Assembly: GCF_963921235.1 (NCBI RefSeq)
Contig: NC_086101.1
Location: 172,732,001 to 172,796,000, forward strand
DNA from: Mobula hypostoma
Lineage: Eukaryota
Reading direction: 5' to 3'
Length of the DNA stretch: 64,000 nucleotides
Shown: positions 1 to 12,546 of the stretch, piece by piece
Numbering within the stretch: position 1 is the stretch's first letter
Layout: the number at the start of each line of letters is the position of its first letter
The notes under the pieces: generated by a model
Databases searched by the model: none
Seen by the model: only the letters and a program-made list of their open reading frames with translations
Told to the model about the DNA's origin: nothing
Program-made: the position numbers and the translations under genes

Positions 1-1565
1 GGTCTGCATCCCAGAGTGCTTAAGGAAGTAGCCCAAGAAATAGTGGATGCATTAGTGATAATTTTTCAAAACTCGTTAGATTCTGGACTAGTTCCTGAGG
101 ATTGGAGTGTGGCTAATGTAACCCCACTTTTTAAAAAAGGAGGGAGAGAGAAACCGGGGTATTATAGACCGGTTAGCCTAACGTCGATGGTGGGGAAACT
201 GCTGGAGTCAGTTATCAAAGATGTGATAACAGCACATTTGGAAAGCGGTGAAATCATCGGACAAAGTCAGCATGGATTTGTGAAAGGAAAATCATGTCTG
301 ATGAATCTCATAGAATTTTTTGAGGATGTAACTAGTAGAGTGGATAGGGGAGAACCAGTGGATGTGGTATATTTGGATTTTCAAAAGGCTTTTGACAAGG
401 TCCCACACAGGAGATTAGTGTGCAAACTTAAAGCACACGGTATTGGGGGTAAGGTATTGATGTGGATAGAGAATTGGTTAGCAGACAGGAAGCAAAGAGT
501 GGGAATAAACGGGACCTTTTCAGAATGGCAGGCAGTGACTAGTGGGGTACCGCAAGGCTCAGTGCTGGGACCCCAGTTGTTTACAATATATATTAATGAC
601 TTGGATAAGGAATTAAATGCAGCCTCTCCAAGTTTGCGGATGACACCAAGCTGGGCAGCAGTGTTAGCTGTGAGGAGGATGCTAAGAGGATGCAGGGTGA
701 CTTGGATAGGTTGGGTGAGTGGGCAAATTCATGGCAGATGCAATTTAATGTGGATAAATGTGAAGTTATCCACTTTGGTGGCAAAAACAGGAAAACAGAT
801 TATTATCTGAATGGTGGCCGATTAGGAAAAGGGGAGGTGCAACGAGACCTGGGTGTCATTATACACCAGTCATTGAAAGTGGGCATGCAGGTACAGCAGG
901 CGGTGAAAAAGGCGAATGGTATGCTGGCATTTATAGCAAGAGGATTCGAGTACAGGAGCAGGGAGGTACTACTGCAGTTGTACAAGGCCTTGGTGAGACC
1001 ACACCTGGAGTATTGTGTGCAGTTTTGGTCAGCTAATCTGAGGAAAGACATCCTTGCCATAGAGGGAGTACAAAGAAGGTTCACCAGATTGATTCCTGGG
1101 ATGGCAGGACTTTCATATGAAGAAAGACTGGATGAACTGGGCTTGTACTCGTTGGAATTTAGAAGATTGAGGGGGGATCTGATTGAAACGTATAAAATCC
1201 TAAAGGAATTGGACAGGCTAGATGCAGGAAGATTGTTCCCGATGTTGGGGAAGTCCAGAACGAGGGGTCACGGTTTGAGGATAAAGGCGAAGCCTTTTAG
1301 GACTGAGATTAGGAAGAACTTCTTCACACAGAGAGTGGTGAATCTGTGGAATTCTCTGCCACAGGAAACAGTTGAGGCCAGTTCATTGGCTATATTTAAG
1401 AGGGAGTTAGATATGGCCCTTGTGGCTAGGGGGTTCAGAGGGTATGGAGGGAAGGCTGGTGCAGGGTTCTGAGTTGGATGATCAGCCATGATCATAATAA
1501 ATGGCGGTGCAGGCTTGAAGGGCCGAATGGCCTACTCCTGCACCTATTTTCTATGTTTTCTATGT
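1..1565 (+). mobile_element. CR1 (HER1-like) LINE, ORF2 reverse-transcriptase region to 3' tail; runs off the left edge; one frameshift near 609
   Basis: ORFs 16..810 and 690..1472 contain CR1 RT motifs ([31 protein letters not shown] in the shifted frame, LVRPHLEYCVQFWS, FFTQRVVNLWNSLP). The CR1 3' UTR ends in ctatgttttctatgt. Confidence 0.95.
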
Positions 1566-1580
1566 AACCTAGTTTCATCT

Positions 1581-2218
1581 GGAGGAGGAGGAGAAGATGG
1601 CAGCTGTTCCGAATGATATCGATTCTGTGTTAACTAGGGGGCCGTGCACAATCCGGATTTGATGGAGACAGCCGTGAGAAGCACGGAGGAACACCTGGAG
1701 TAACTTCTGAAATGCCTGCTTTTGCTGCCGCTGCTACTGCGTGATCCAGAATCTCCGGAGATGAAGGCCCCAAATCCTCGACTTTGCCTATTGCCTGTTG
1801 CCGGGGCCAAGGTCGAAGCACTCGGCAGAGATGGTGCTCGGTGCTCGGTGTTGGAGAGCTGGTTGGAGGCTCGGAGTTTTCGGACGGACTTGGAGTCGAA
1901 CTGTGGCCGGATGCTTCCAGTATGCTGTATCGGCAAGTTGACGGCGCTGGAGGTTTACCATCTGCGTGAGATGATGGGACTTTCGAGAGACTTTGAGACT
2001 TTTACCGTGCCATGGTTTGTTCTTATCAAATTATGGTATTGTTTTGCACTGTTGTAACTATATGTTATAATTATGTGGTTTTTGTTAGTTTTAAAGTCAG
2101 TTTGTCATGTGTTTCTGTGATATCATTCTGGAAAAACATTGTATCATTTCTTAATGCATGCATTACTAAATGATAATAAAAGAAGACTGCGTATCCTCAT
2201 AATCTAATAATCCAATCT
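1581..2218 (+). mobile_element. Non-autonomous LINE-derived retroposon with a (GGA)n-AAGATGGC head and (AATCT)n tail
   Basis: Homologous end to end to 18491..19178 (reverse). AATAAA precedes the short-repeat tail. No intact coding frame. Confidence 0.8.
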
Positions 2219-3179
2219 GGGGCAACCCCTGCCCTGCTCCAGTAACCTCCTTGTCACTTTCACCTCTAGCCCACCTACATTCCAACCCACCAGACCTTAC
2301 ACACCACCCCACTGGATCTGCTTGTCTCTTCCGCTTAAATGTTTCCCAATGTTGTCCCCATTCTCCGACTCTTAGTCTCCTGACTACTTTCCCCCAACCC
2401 CCATCTGCCCTTCTTACATCAGGTCTCAATCCCCCCATTATGCAGTGAAACCCCAAATGCTTGCCTTCAAGAGACAAAGTGGCACGTTTGATGCACCCCT
2501 GACAGAATTTGAGAATGTTTAGGTTAACAATCCCTGTATCCTCATCCTTTACCATGAGCAAATTTTGCAGCTGATTCAGAGAAATCTGTGAAGCACAAGT
2601 CACTTTCTGAAGTGAGATTAAAAATATTATTTGCCAGGTGACACTTCAGACACCTCAATTAGGATATGACAATCTGCAAGGCTGATATTGGAGGCCATAT
2701 CAGCTAATTCTTATCTTGGATGAATTGACTACAAATGCAAGCAACGAAATTGGTTCTTTGACAATAATTGGCTTGTAATTGCACAGCTAAAGTTGTCCAA
2801 GGTCACTAACAGTCAATACAAAATAAGACCTTCAGAAACTGGTGTAAGTTTTCAGTCAAACTCTTTGAAGAATTTCCCCAAAATATCACAGTGTGGGATG
2901 GAAATGCAGCAATGTTTGGGGTGAATAAGTGAACAGTAGTGACTCCTCTCCCTTGCATATCTTTTCTCCCTTCTTTCCAATGATATAATGGATGCATCTC
3001 ACTCTTCTACATTACTCAAGTTATAAAGCAGATTAATGGAACCAAGTATAACTAGTTCCCAAACAGAATGGATAATGTTGGTTTCATGGGCTAGGCTTTC
3101 TCAGAGCCTCTACTTTTACCAAATGGAGTTGATTTGCTCTCACTTGAACTTTCATCTGCTCTACCTTGTGACAGATAAT

Positions 3180-3305
3180 GGGGCAGTTATCATAATGCTA
3201 TGACAACAGCAGTGACCTGGGTTCTATTCCTGCCGCTCTCTGTAAGGAGTTTGTACATTCTCCGCAAGCCCATGTAGATTTCCTCTGGGTGCTTTGTGAT
3301 CCATG
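3180..3305 (+). mobile_element. HE1-like tRNA-derived V-SINE, partial
   Basis: B-box-like gggttctattcc followed by the V-domain motif ggagtttgtacattctcc...tttcctctgggtgct. Confidence 0.6.
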
Positions 3306-3619
3306 GGCCTCTAATTTCAACATGTTTCAGTTGCAAAAAGAGAAGCAAAGCTACTAAGGTAAACATTCAATAACACAAAAAGGGACTGAATTGACTGTGG
3401 TTAGTGGTAGCCTTGTGAAAATAAAACCATTTTGGGAAGGATTTTGGGAAAAAAATTCAGTTTTACAAGAAAAGTCGAGATAATAGGGGCCTAAGTTTTT
3501 GTGCAGGCACCATGGAAGAGGTGACCATCAATGTCCATTCTTTTTCCTATTGGTGGTGTAGTCTTCAAATTGATCCCAGATGTTTAAACAACTTTTGATT
3601 ATTCACAGATCGCAGAATC

Positions 3620-3972
3620 GGAATAGCTGCAGAGGGCTGTAGACTCAGGGGCACTAACCTCCCACCATGAAGAACATATGCAAAAGACAGTGCCCCAAGA
3701 GGGTGGCAACTATCACTAAGAATCCTCACAATCCAGGACATGCCCTCTTCACGTAACTACCACGATGGAGGAGGAACACTCACCATTTTTGGAAAAATTT
3801 CTTCCCTTCTACCATTAGATTTCTGAACGGTTCATATTACTACCTCACTCTATTGCTCTCTGCTGGCACTATTTATTTTTTATGTATTTCTGAATGCAAC
3901 ATAATAATTTGCTATATTTTGCAGTGTACTGCTGCCACAAAACAACAAATTTCTCATATCTGATTCTGATTC
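3620..3972 (+). mobile_element. Rex1/Babar-like LINE 3' fragment with (ATTCTG)n tail
   Basis: Similar to 6460..6966 and 46720..47286; ends tctgattctgattc. Confidence 0.6.
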
Positions 3973-4549
3973 AGAATGTGCCATTACCAGCAAGCTAGCC
4001 TTAGCTGCACCATTCTATTTGCCAGAGAGTGGGTTCTGACCTTCACACCTTCTCAAATGAGAAAGATTTTGACCCATTTCCTTAAGTTTATGGCTATTGC
4101 TTATTGACATCTCTCTACTAGGGGAAAGAAGTATTCTTTGTTCACCACTCTGAGGCTTTAGTTCAAATATGTACAGAAGTAAAAATAAAAGGTGGGGAGA
4201 TAATCAGAGTTCCATCAGAGAAAATGGAAGAGAGTAGTAGAGAATAGCAAGGAAAGTTGCATATTTAGAAGCCAAAAGTTTTATCTTCCCTGGCTGATGT
4301 TGGAGGGCTTATTGCATAAAGCCATATGGTTTGAGGCTCTCCTAACTTCAGACCACTGGCAGTTAGTTCACCTGGTAATAACATCAGCCAATGTCAGGCT
4401 CCCAGCAAGAGCCAGGAGTCATATGCAGGCATCCACAGTGAGATGCAGGGCCTCAACTGAAACATCAACCATCCCTTTCTCTCCACTGCTGCTGACTGAC
4501 CTGCTGAGTTTCACTGGGGTAATTTTTATTTTGTTCTGGATTACAGTAT

Positions 4550-4835
4550 CTTTATTTTATTTAGACATACAGTGCAGAACAGGACCCTTCGGCTCAACGA
4601 GCCACACTGCCCAGCAACTCACCTATTTAACACTAATCACGGGACAACCTACAAACATTTGTACAATGACCAATTACCTACTAACCAGTACGTCTTTGGA
4701 CTGTGGGAGGAAATCGGTGCACCTGGAGGAAACCCACACAGATCATGTGGACAACGTACAATGCCAGCAGAATTGAGCTCAGAACATTACCAGCCCTAAT
4801 AGCTTTGTGCTAATCACTACGCAACAGTGGCACCC
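4550..4835 (-). mobile_element. HE1-like V-SINE
   Basis: Reverse V-domain (tttggactgtgggaggaaatcggtgcacctggaggaaacccacac) with A-rich tail; similar to 48700..49390. Confidence 0.7.
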
Positions 4836-5484
4836 AGTGTTGTGTCTTCAAAACTTACTAATTGTTCTTATATATTGTGGATGGTATTGAGAGATTGATT
4901 CAATTGCCTGCTTCCCAGTATTAGGGTTCCAACAGTGCAGTTGGCTTGGAACGTAAAATGGCTGCCGAGTCCACCACAATTTTCAATGCTTGTGCTCAGT
5001 CCCTGAGTGCCTGCAAAGTAATGGCATCATAGTATCGACAGTAATGGACGAAGAAATCAGTGCACTGGGACAAATAAATACATCTGCCTTATCCTGAGCT
5101 GAAAGGTCAGAGTGTGGTGATGTGCTGAGCATGAAAATGGCACTTACAATTTTGTTGTTTCTAATCTACATTAATGAGCTGGATACCCATACTAAATGGG
5201 GTTCACCCGATTTTTTGATAACATTAAGACAGCGAGAGCCGTCCAGTCAAGGGATACAGCAAGCATCTGCAGATGGATTTGGTCCATTTATATAATCAGC
5301 CAAGTGGCAAATTAAATTACACACTTTAAGTTGTAAAGCGTTGCACAAAGGTCACCAAATGTGGAGTGTAAGTGGACGATAATCAGTAGTGAATTAGCAC
5401 AGGGAGATGTGGAAAGGGAATAATCAGAGATACGTCACTTCCAATTTCCCCAAAATGTGATAACGTGATTAAAAATGCTAATGG

Positions 5485-5937
5485 CTGCAGAATCTGTGCT
5501 CCTGATGTGGCTTTCTCTACACTGGTGAGACCCGTCGTAAGTTGGGGGATCACTTTGTTGATTACCTCCCTCCATCCACCAAAATTGGGATTTCCCGGTG
5601 ACCAACCAATTTAATTCCTCTTCCTATTCCAACATGTTGGTCCATGGTCCCCTTTTGTGGCACCACTGGGTGGAGGAGCAACACCTCATATTCTGTCAAA
5701 GGCAAGAACATGGATTTCCCCATTTGGTAAAAGTTCCTGCCACCCCCTTCTCTCTTCTTCTATTTCCTACTCTCACCTTATAGCCATTCTCCACCCCTCC
5801 TCCACCTTTTTATTCTGGCAGCTTCCGCCTTCCTTTCCAGTCCTGAAGAAGGGTCTCAGCTTGAAACGTCGACTGTTTTTCTCATTTCCATTGATGCTGC
5901 CTGACCTGTTGAGTTCCTCCTGCATTTTGTGTTGTCG
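5485..5937 (+). mobile_element. Penelope-like element 3' end (decayed GIY-YIG C-terminus plus terminal repeat)
   Basis: Decayed YTGETRRKLGD / VTNQFNS / EEQHLIF sequence followed by the terminal motif gaaacgtcgactg...gatgctgcctgacctgttgagttcctcc. Confidence 0.8.
5838..5875 (+). ncRNA. Minimal type-I hammerhead ribozyme motif in the Penelope terminal repeat
   Basis: cagtc-CTGAAGA-a-gggtctcagctt-GAAA-cg-TC-gactg: stem I cagtc/gactg pairs perfectly, CUGANGA and GAAA cores intact, GUC cleavage triplet present; stem II weakened. Confidence 0.6.
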
Positions 5938-6459
5938 ATTGCAGAAATATAGTGCTAGAGCAGTGTATTACCATCGTACAATGGTAGTCTGAGACTTCTC
6001 AGTGCAGTATCAAGTCCAGAGAATGGTGTCCATCCTAACCCCACATGACAACAAAGGTCAACTTGAACCACCGAGGATGCAATCAGATTAATCAACACAG
6101 AAAGCTTGAATTCTGCAGCTTAGAGAGCAGTTGGTTAAGGTGACTGATCTGACTTAGATACCAGTAAAATATTAAATGGCATATAGATGGATTAGGTATT
6201 TTCAAAATATTATTTCGGAGCTGAACCAGTGATTTTTGTTTGGTGACATAAAATATTAAATGTTGCAGCAGCAGTAGATAAACAGAACCATTTTCAAAGC
6301 ACATGAACAAACTAGACTTGAATTCAAGTAAGTGAAATGTATATTTGAAATACCTTGTCAAAAAACTTATGGAGATTTTTTTCCTTTTTTGTTCGCCACT
6401 GCCCTATACTCCCAATACCAACCATTCTGTCAGAAACTTCAAGTGCACACCACCTGGTA

Positions 6460-6966
6460 TGTTATAAACCTGCCTGTACTTTTGTGGAGAGCATTCTAGC
6501 TGGCTGCATCACCGTCTGGTATGGGGGGAGGGCGTAAGTGGCAGAGACTTGTAAAACTAGTCAGCTCCATCGTGAGTACCAGCCTCCATAGTAACCGAGA
6601 CATCTTCAAGGAGTGGTGCTTCATCCATCATTAAGGACTCCAACCACCCAGGACATGCCCTCTTCACATGTTGCCATCAGGAAGGACATACAGAAACCTG
6701 AAGGCACACACTCAGTGTTTCGGGAAGAGCTTCTTCCCCTCTGCACTCGATTTCTAAATGGACATTGAACCCACTAACAGGACCTCACTATTTTTTTATT
6801 CTGTTAGTTTGCACCACTTATTTTCACTTAACTATTTAATAGACTAGGTAACTCAGTTTTCTTCCTCTATATTTATTTATCATGCATTTCATTGTACTGC
6901 TGCTATAAGGTTAACAAATTTCACGACATATGCAGGTGATATTAAAATTGATTCTGATTCTGATTC
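6460..6966 (+). mobile_element. Rex1/Babar-like LINE 3' fragment
   Basis: Encodes ESILAGCITVWYG, the C-terminal motif of this clade; tail attctgattctgattc. Confidence 0.75.
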
Positions 6967-7009
6967 AAATTGCTACAATGTGCTTTTCAAAAGTACCACC
7001 TCTTAGATC

Positions 7010-8345
7010 TGGGACTCAAATGGATCCTTGACTTCCTGAGAAACAGACCATAATCAGCAAAGGTAGACAGCAATATCTCTGTCATGATTACTTTTGACCG
7101 GGGTGCCCCACCAGGCAGCTTTCCTTGTGTAACCAGATCCGTTCTAACTACATCTACAAGTTTGCAGACGATACCATTGTAGTAGGTTGTATCACAAATA
7201 ACCATGAGTCAGAGTACAGGAAGCTAGGAAGGCTAGCTTCCTAGCTATAGAGCTAATAACATAGTGTTATGATGACAACCTTTCCCTCAATGTCAGCCAA
7301 ACCGAAAAAGCTGGTCACTGACTTCAGCAAGGAGGTGTTGGTGCAGTGAATATGCTCCTATTGACATCAACAGTGTCGAAGTCAAGAGGGTTGAGAGCTT
7401 CAAGTTGCTAGGAGTGAATATTACCAATAGTCTGAACTGGTCTTTCCAATTGTGTTACAATACGCACCCAACCTTACCAGCTTCTGTGGTTTAGATGCTC
7501 TAACTCTCTGGAATATGGATAACTGGAACAGCCCCTTTAAGGATTCAGGACCATCCCACTAATTGGCAGCCATGTTCTGGCACCAGGATTTCAATATTTA
7601 AGGAACACATGACGGCGGTTCAGTGCTCAATCGTTAGCTCTAGCTGGATTATTGTCTAGCATCTAGCTTAGTACAATGTTCTTGTTTTAGTCTCGCATCA
7701 TGTCTCAGATCCAATCTTGGATTTACCAGGACTTGGATCCAACCATCCTCGCCTAGGTCTCTTGTCACACATTAACTCCATGGCAAGAAATCTCATCAAT
7801 GCCTCCAATTCCTTAGGAAGATAAAGAAATCTGACACTCCCCCTTTGCCCCTCACTAGTTTTTATAGACACATCCTAGAAAGCATGCTATACAGACATAT
7901 CACGGCTTGGTATGGCAACTGCTCTGCCCTCGACCACAAGAAGCATTAGGCAGTTGTAGGCACAGCTCAGTGCATCTCAGAAGCCGGCCTCCAGTCCACG
8001 GGCTCAGTCTACATTTCTCGCTGCCTCAGTAAAAGAGCCAGCAGCCAGTCCTCACGCACCCCGGACATTCCCCTCTCCCATTGGGCAGACGTTACAAAAG
8101 CCTAAAAGCATTTACTACTGGACTCAAGGACAGATTCTATCCTGCTGTTAGAAGATCATTGAATGAACTCTTGACCTCATTATGACTATGCACTTTAATA
8201 ATATCTATGCACTCTGTACTTCAAACGCAATACTTTACTCTGCACTCTGTTATTGCTTTACCTTGTGCTATCTCAATACACTGAACTGATCTGTAAAAAA
8301 GGTATGTAAGACAAGTTTTTCACTGCATATTGGTGCACATAAACT
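7010..8345 (+). mobile_element. Old Rex1/Babar-like LINE RT fragment interrupted by a solo LTR
   Basis: Decayed WILDFL..RP, GAP, KFADD-like, ESFKLLGV and ITAWYGN motifs. Confidence 0.65.
7453..7769. mobile_element. Probable solo LTR (about 320 bp)
   Basis: TGTTACAA...TTGTCACA terminal inverted ends; splits the surrounding LINE sequence. TSD is ambiguous. Confidence 0.55.
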
Positions 8346-8559
8346 AACTCGCCAATTTAACAACCAGATAAGCGATAAGCCCTTAAGCTCCATTGCAGTG
8401 GCTATCCAAGGAATATTTGATACACCCTCAAACGGCTAAAATATGTGGTGCTAATCAGTGCCATGAGACTCCTAACTGACTTGTTTTTAAAGAAAAGCCT
8501 TCATGTTCTACTTATTCAGAAGATAATTTACCCTCTGCCCAAAGAAGCACATTTCTGTA

Positions 8560-8910
8560 AAGCTGGCTGTGGATTCAAGTCTCACTTGAGGTGCTCATGC
8601 ATGTTGGCTGGGCTGACAATTAAAGCTGGATGCTGAGGGCGTGCTATACTGCCAGGGGTGCCATCTTGCAGATGAAGCATTAATCCACAGTTCAACCAGC
8701 ACATTGAAGTGAAAGTTAAAAAGATCTTATGACATTGTTTGAAGCAACGCTGGGGAGTTGTCCTGGCTATTATTTATGTTGCAATGCATAACTTGTCCGT
8801 CCTGCATCTCCTCATTAAAATGGTAACTAGCCTTCAAAAGTGCTTAATTAGCTGTAAAAGTATGATAAAACTTCCCCAGGACACAGAAAGCCCAACGTTA
8901 TTTCTTTCTG
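8560..8910 (+). mobile_element. DeuSINE (SacSINE1-like), decayed
   Basis: B-box ggattcaagtct, then Deu-domain-like gctgagggcgtgctatactgccaggggtgccatcttgcagatgaag...ggggagttgtcctggc. Confidence 0.6.
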
Positions 8911-8997
8911 CCTATATTAAGGGAAGCCACCGTGGATTCCTAAAAGTAACCCAGCTCTGATGTATTTTCCTCTGTGCACAGAGGAGGAATTCCAACA

Positions 8998-9220
8998 TTG
9001 AGGGGAATATGAGGGGAAACCTCTTCACTCATGGGTTATGAGAGTGTGGAACATGCGAGCTTGATTTCAATGTTTAAGAGAAGTTTAGATATGTACATGG
9101 ATGGAAGGGGTATGGGGGGGGCTCTGGTCGTAGTTCAGGTCGATGGGTGTAGGCAGATTTAATGGTTCAACATGGCCTAGGTGGGCCGAAGGGCCTGTTT
9201 CGGTGCTGTACTCAATGACT
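8998..9220 (+). mobile_element. CR1 3' end fragment
   Basis: aacctcttcactca...gtgggccgaagggcctgtttcggtgctgta, the CR1/HER1 3' UTR. Confidence 0.7.
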
Positions 9221-9627
9221 TCTCATGGCACGGTCGCTAAAGTCAAAGTACAAACAATCAGAATTCATGCTGAACAACAGGAACCTGTAGGGTGACTGTG
9301 CAGACTTTCGCAATCCTCAGCAGTGTTGGTCAATGACTGGATTTCTGTCACTGTCTTACAAAGTGAGTGCTGAGAGTAAATGGACTGTGAATCTGTAGCC
9401 AAATGGCTAAATCACTGGACAACTGTTCAAACACCTAGCCTTGTGATTGAAGGGTTTGAGTTTAAGTAACCTAACCACCCCCCAAGCAGACGGGGAACTT
9501 AAATCATTGGAACTGAGAAACTAGTAAAACTAATACGATCCATGGAACTACCTTGTCACAAAAATTTGTTTGGTTCACTAGTGGCCTTCAGGGAAAGAAA
9601 TCTGTTGTCAGTGCATGGTCTGAACTA

Positions 9628-10155
9628 CAGGACTGTACAAATATCTTAGGCACATATGCTGTATAAAGCTAGGGTGCCCAAGACTTTTGCACTGAACCTG
9701 TAGTAATTTTATGTACCGCACAGTACTGCTGCCTCAAAAAAAAGAAGAAATTTAATGGCATATGTGAGTGATGATAAACCCGATTCTGATATGGGTCTCT
9801 GTTGTGGACTGAGAGTGGGAAAGAGGTGGGGGGAGGGGAATCATGGTTGGGAAATGGGGAAGAGAGAGGGAAGAGAGTGGGAAGCACCAGAGAGATAGTC
9901 CAAAATAGGATAAAAACAACAATTGTTTGGAATCAAGTGAATTTGCCTGGTGTCTCAGGGCTTGGTGTGTCTGTGCCTCCCCCGCCACCTGCCAAAACCC
10001 CACAGGACTCCTTCTCTGCCACTTGTCTCACACCTCTCCCATAGTGCTCCACCCTCACCATTCCCAACATCCTGCCAGATTAACAAATTCGCTCTCTGCT
10101 CCAAAGTCCTAGGCACCCTAGCTACGTATGTGGCTCAGACTTTTGTACAGTAATT
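9628..10155. mobile_element. Tc1/mariner-derived MITE with long, internally palindromic terminal inverted repeats
   Basis: Left end ta-caggactgtacaaatatcttaggcac...ctagggtgcccaagacttttgcac; right end aaagtcctaggcaccctagc...gacttttgtacagta. The two ends are reverse complements of each other. Confidence 0.7.
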
Positions 10156-10304
10156 TTTATATGACCCCTGACTCATAAACCTCTCTCTAAAATTGTCAGT
10201 TGGTTACAGAGTCATAGTGTGTGGAATCTAGGCCTTTGGCCTACCGAGTGTGTTAACCAACACGCACCAAGGTACACTCATCTCATTTTATTCTCCATAC
10301 AGTT

Positions 10305-10980
10305 AAGAACACGGCATGGAAAATCAGAAACAGGAGTAGGCTGCCTGGCCCCTCAAATCTGCCTACAATTGAATGTAATCATGGCTGATCTATGCCAGGC
10401 CTCAACTTGTGTTCTGTGCCAGATCCCCACAGCACCTCAATGCCCTGACCTTTCAAAAATTTGTCTACCTCCACCTCTGATGATCTAGCAACTTTCTGGG
10501 GTGGAAAATTCTAGAAGTTCACCACCCTCTCTGAGAAGAAATTTCTACACATCATCATTTTAAATACCTGGCCCTTACCTCATAGATATGACCCCTTGTT
10601 CCACACTACCTGACAGCTCTACATCTATCCTGCCAAACTCCCTCAGGTTCTGTTAAGTCTCAGTAATGTGACCCCTCCTTCTACAGATCTAACTTGGAAC
10701 AACATGGAACACCATAGTGCACTACAACACAGTACAGGCCCTTCAGCCCATGATATTGTGCCAACCCTTTAACCAACTCTAAGAGCAATCTAATCCTTCC
10801 CTCTTACAGAGCCCTCCAATTTTCTATCATGCACGTGCCTATCTAAGTGTTTCTTAAATGTCTCAAATGTATCTGCCTCTCTCACCACCCCTGGCAGGGA
10901 GTTCCATGTACGCACTACTCTATGTGTAAAGAACTTACCCCTCTTATCTCCCCTATACCTTCCTCCAATCACTATTCTTA
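10305..10980 (-). mobile_element. Two adjacent CR1 3' fragments
   Basis: ORF 10790..11026 reads KFFTHRVVRTWNSLP; reverse CR1 3' UTRs start near 10310 and 10720. Confidence 0.7.
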
Positions 10981-11149
10981 TATCGGGGGATCTAAACTGT
11001 ATGTAATCCTCTAAGCGTAGATTCACACCACCATGAATTTTTATATGGCAATAAAAGCCAACTTGTCTTTGTAACTACTTGCTCCTAGATTCCTTCTGTA
11101 TTTCACTCATTTGCAGGCTCTTTCCATTTACCAAAAAATCTCTTTTTTG

Positions 11150-11550
11150 TTACCTGGAGCATAGGAGAATGAGGGGAAATTTGGAAGAGGAATACAAAAT
11201 GATGAGGGGTATAGACAGGGTAAATGCAAGCAGGCCTTTTCCACTGAGGGTAGGTGAGACTACAACCAGAGGTTATAGGTTAAGGGTGAAAGGTGAAATA
11301 CTTAAGGGGAATCTGAGGGGAATTTCTTCACTCAGAGGGTGATGAGAACGTGGAGTGATCCACCAGTGGAAGTGGTGGATGTGGGTTTGATTTCAATATT
11401 TAAGTGAAAATTGAAGAAGTAAATGAATGAGAAGGGTGCAGAGGGCTAAGGTCCAGGTGCAGGCCAACAGACCTAAGCAGATTAACAGTTCGGCATGGAC
11501 TAGATGGGTTGAAGGGCCCATTTCTGTGTTGTAGTCCTCTATGACTCTAA
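11150..11550 (+). mobile_element. CR1 3' fragment
   Basis: LEHRRMRGNL.E.YKMMRGIDRV motif; tail ctctatgactct. Confidence 0.8.
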
Positions 11551-11569
11551 TCTTCTATTCCATTCAACT

Positions 11570-11790
11570 GGCACGCCCTAAGTTCAACTACTTACCTACA
11601 AACTAGGGACAATTTACAGTAGCTAATTAAAGTACCAGCCCCCACATTTTAAGATGTGGGAGGAAAGGGAAGCCACATAGACAGAGGGAGAACATGTAAG
11701 TCTTGGACAGGCAGCGTTAAAGATTCAGGATTGAATCTCGATCGCTGGAGTTGTGAGGGAACAGCTCTGCTAGGCACACCACTGTGCCTC
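11570..11790 (-). mobile_element. HE1-like V-SINE
   Basis: Reverse V-domain and B-box (caggattgaatc). Confidence 0.6.
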
Positions 11791-12500
11791 AGTGATGTAG
11801 GGGCAGGTAAAATCAATGAGCACTGCCAGCAACACTCACATCTTGTGAACAAGGGAGCTTGTCTTCCAGTGAAAACAGTCAGCAAATATCTAGCCATCGG
11901 AAACTAAAAGCCGCACACTTAAATAGTACCAAATGGATATCATATATCAGAAATCTAAACCAAAGTTTTAGTCAAAACATTGAATCACCTCCCCCTCCCC
12001 GTTAGCAAAGCAAAACTTTAATAAAGTACAAAGTCTCTCATTTATTATGTCTTGCTTTTACATTCTAAATAAAATATCTCGCCAAGCTCCCAGTGCTGTG
12101 GTTAAACATAATAATCACACAGTAAAATATGTAATTGCTGCATTCCTGGAAGAAAATTAAATTGTGAAGAAGAGAAAATAACTAAGACAGCCCCAACTGG
12201 GGTTATTATTGTGAGCGCCATTCAGATCAAACATATCCTATGGTGTTGCATTAAAGTATGCTTCAATCGTCTTGTTTCCCCAAACAGCAAGCCAATAGCC
12301 ATATAAGAAACTCTCGATGTTTTTGAAGAAGCTTGTTCAGATGCAATAGCTGGGAAATAGCCATCAGAGCAGCCACATAAGAGCAGAGCCCATTGTGGCA
12401 GCCCCTGCATGCATTTCCATCACTGCACCCCCAAGGTAATATGACTGAAATTTCTTTTCAGTGCTGAGAAAATTGCTGCTTTCACACCCATTTTATCTGG

Positions 12501-12546
12501 CAATTGCAATACTCGGTTAAATACAATTGCAATACTCACTTAAATA
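12501..12546. repeat. Tandem duplication of a 23-bp unit
   Basis: caattgcaatactcggttaaata / caattgcaatactcacttaaata (21/23 identical). Confidence 0.85.

Noticed and set aside
16-1472. Long ORFs as a host gene or active reverse transcriptase
   Set aside because: They are CR1 ORF2 pieces broken by a frameshift; not a bacterial retron, DGR or host gene.
7222-7246. Perfect 10-bp hairpin agctaggaag/cttcctagct
   Set aside because: Lies inside a decayed LINE; best explained as a local template-switch duplication, with no sign of function.
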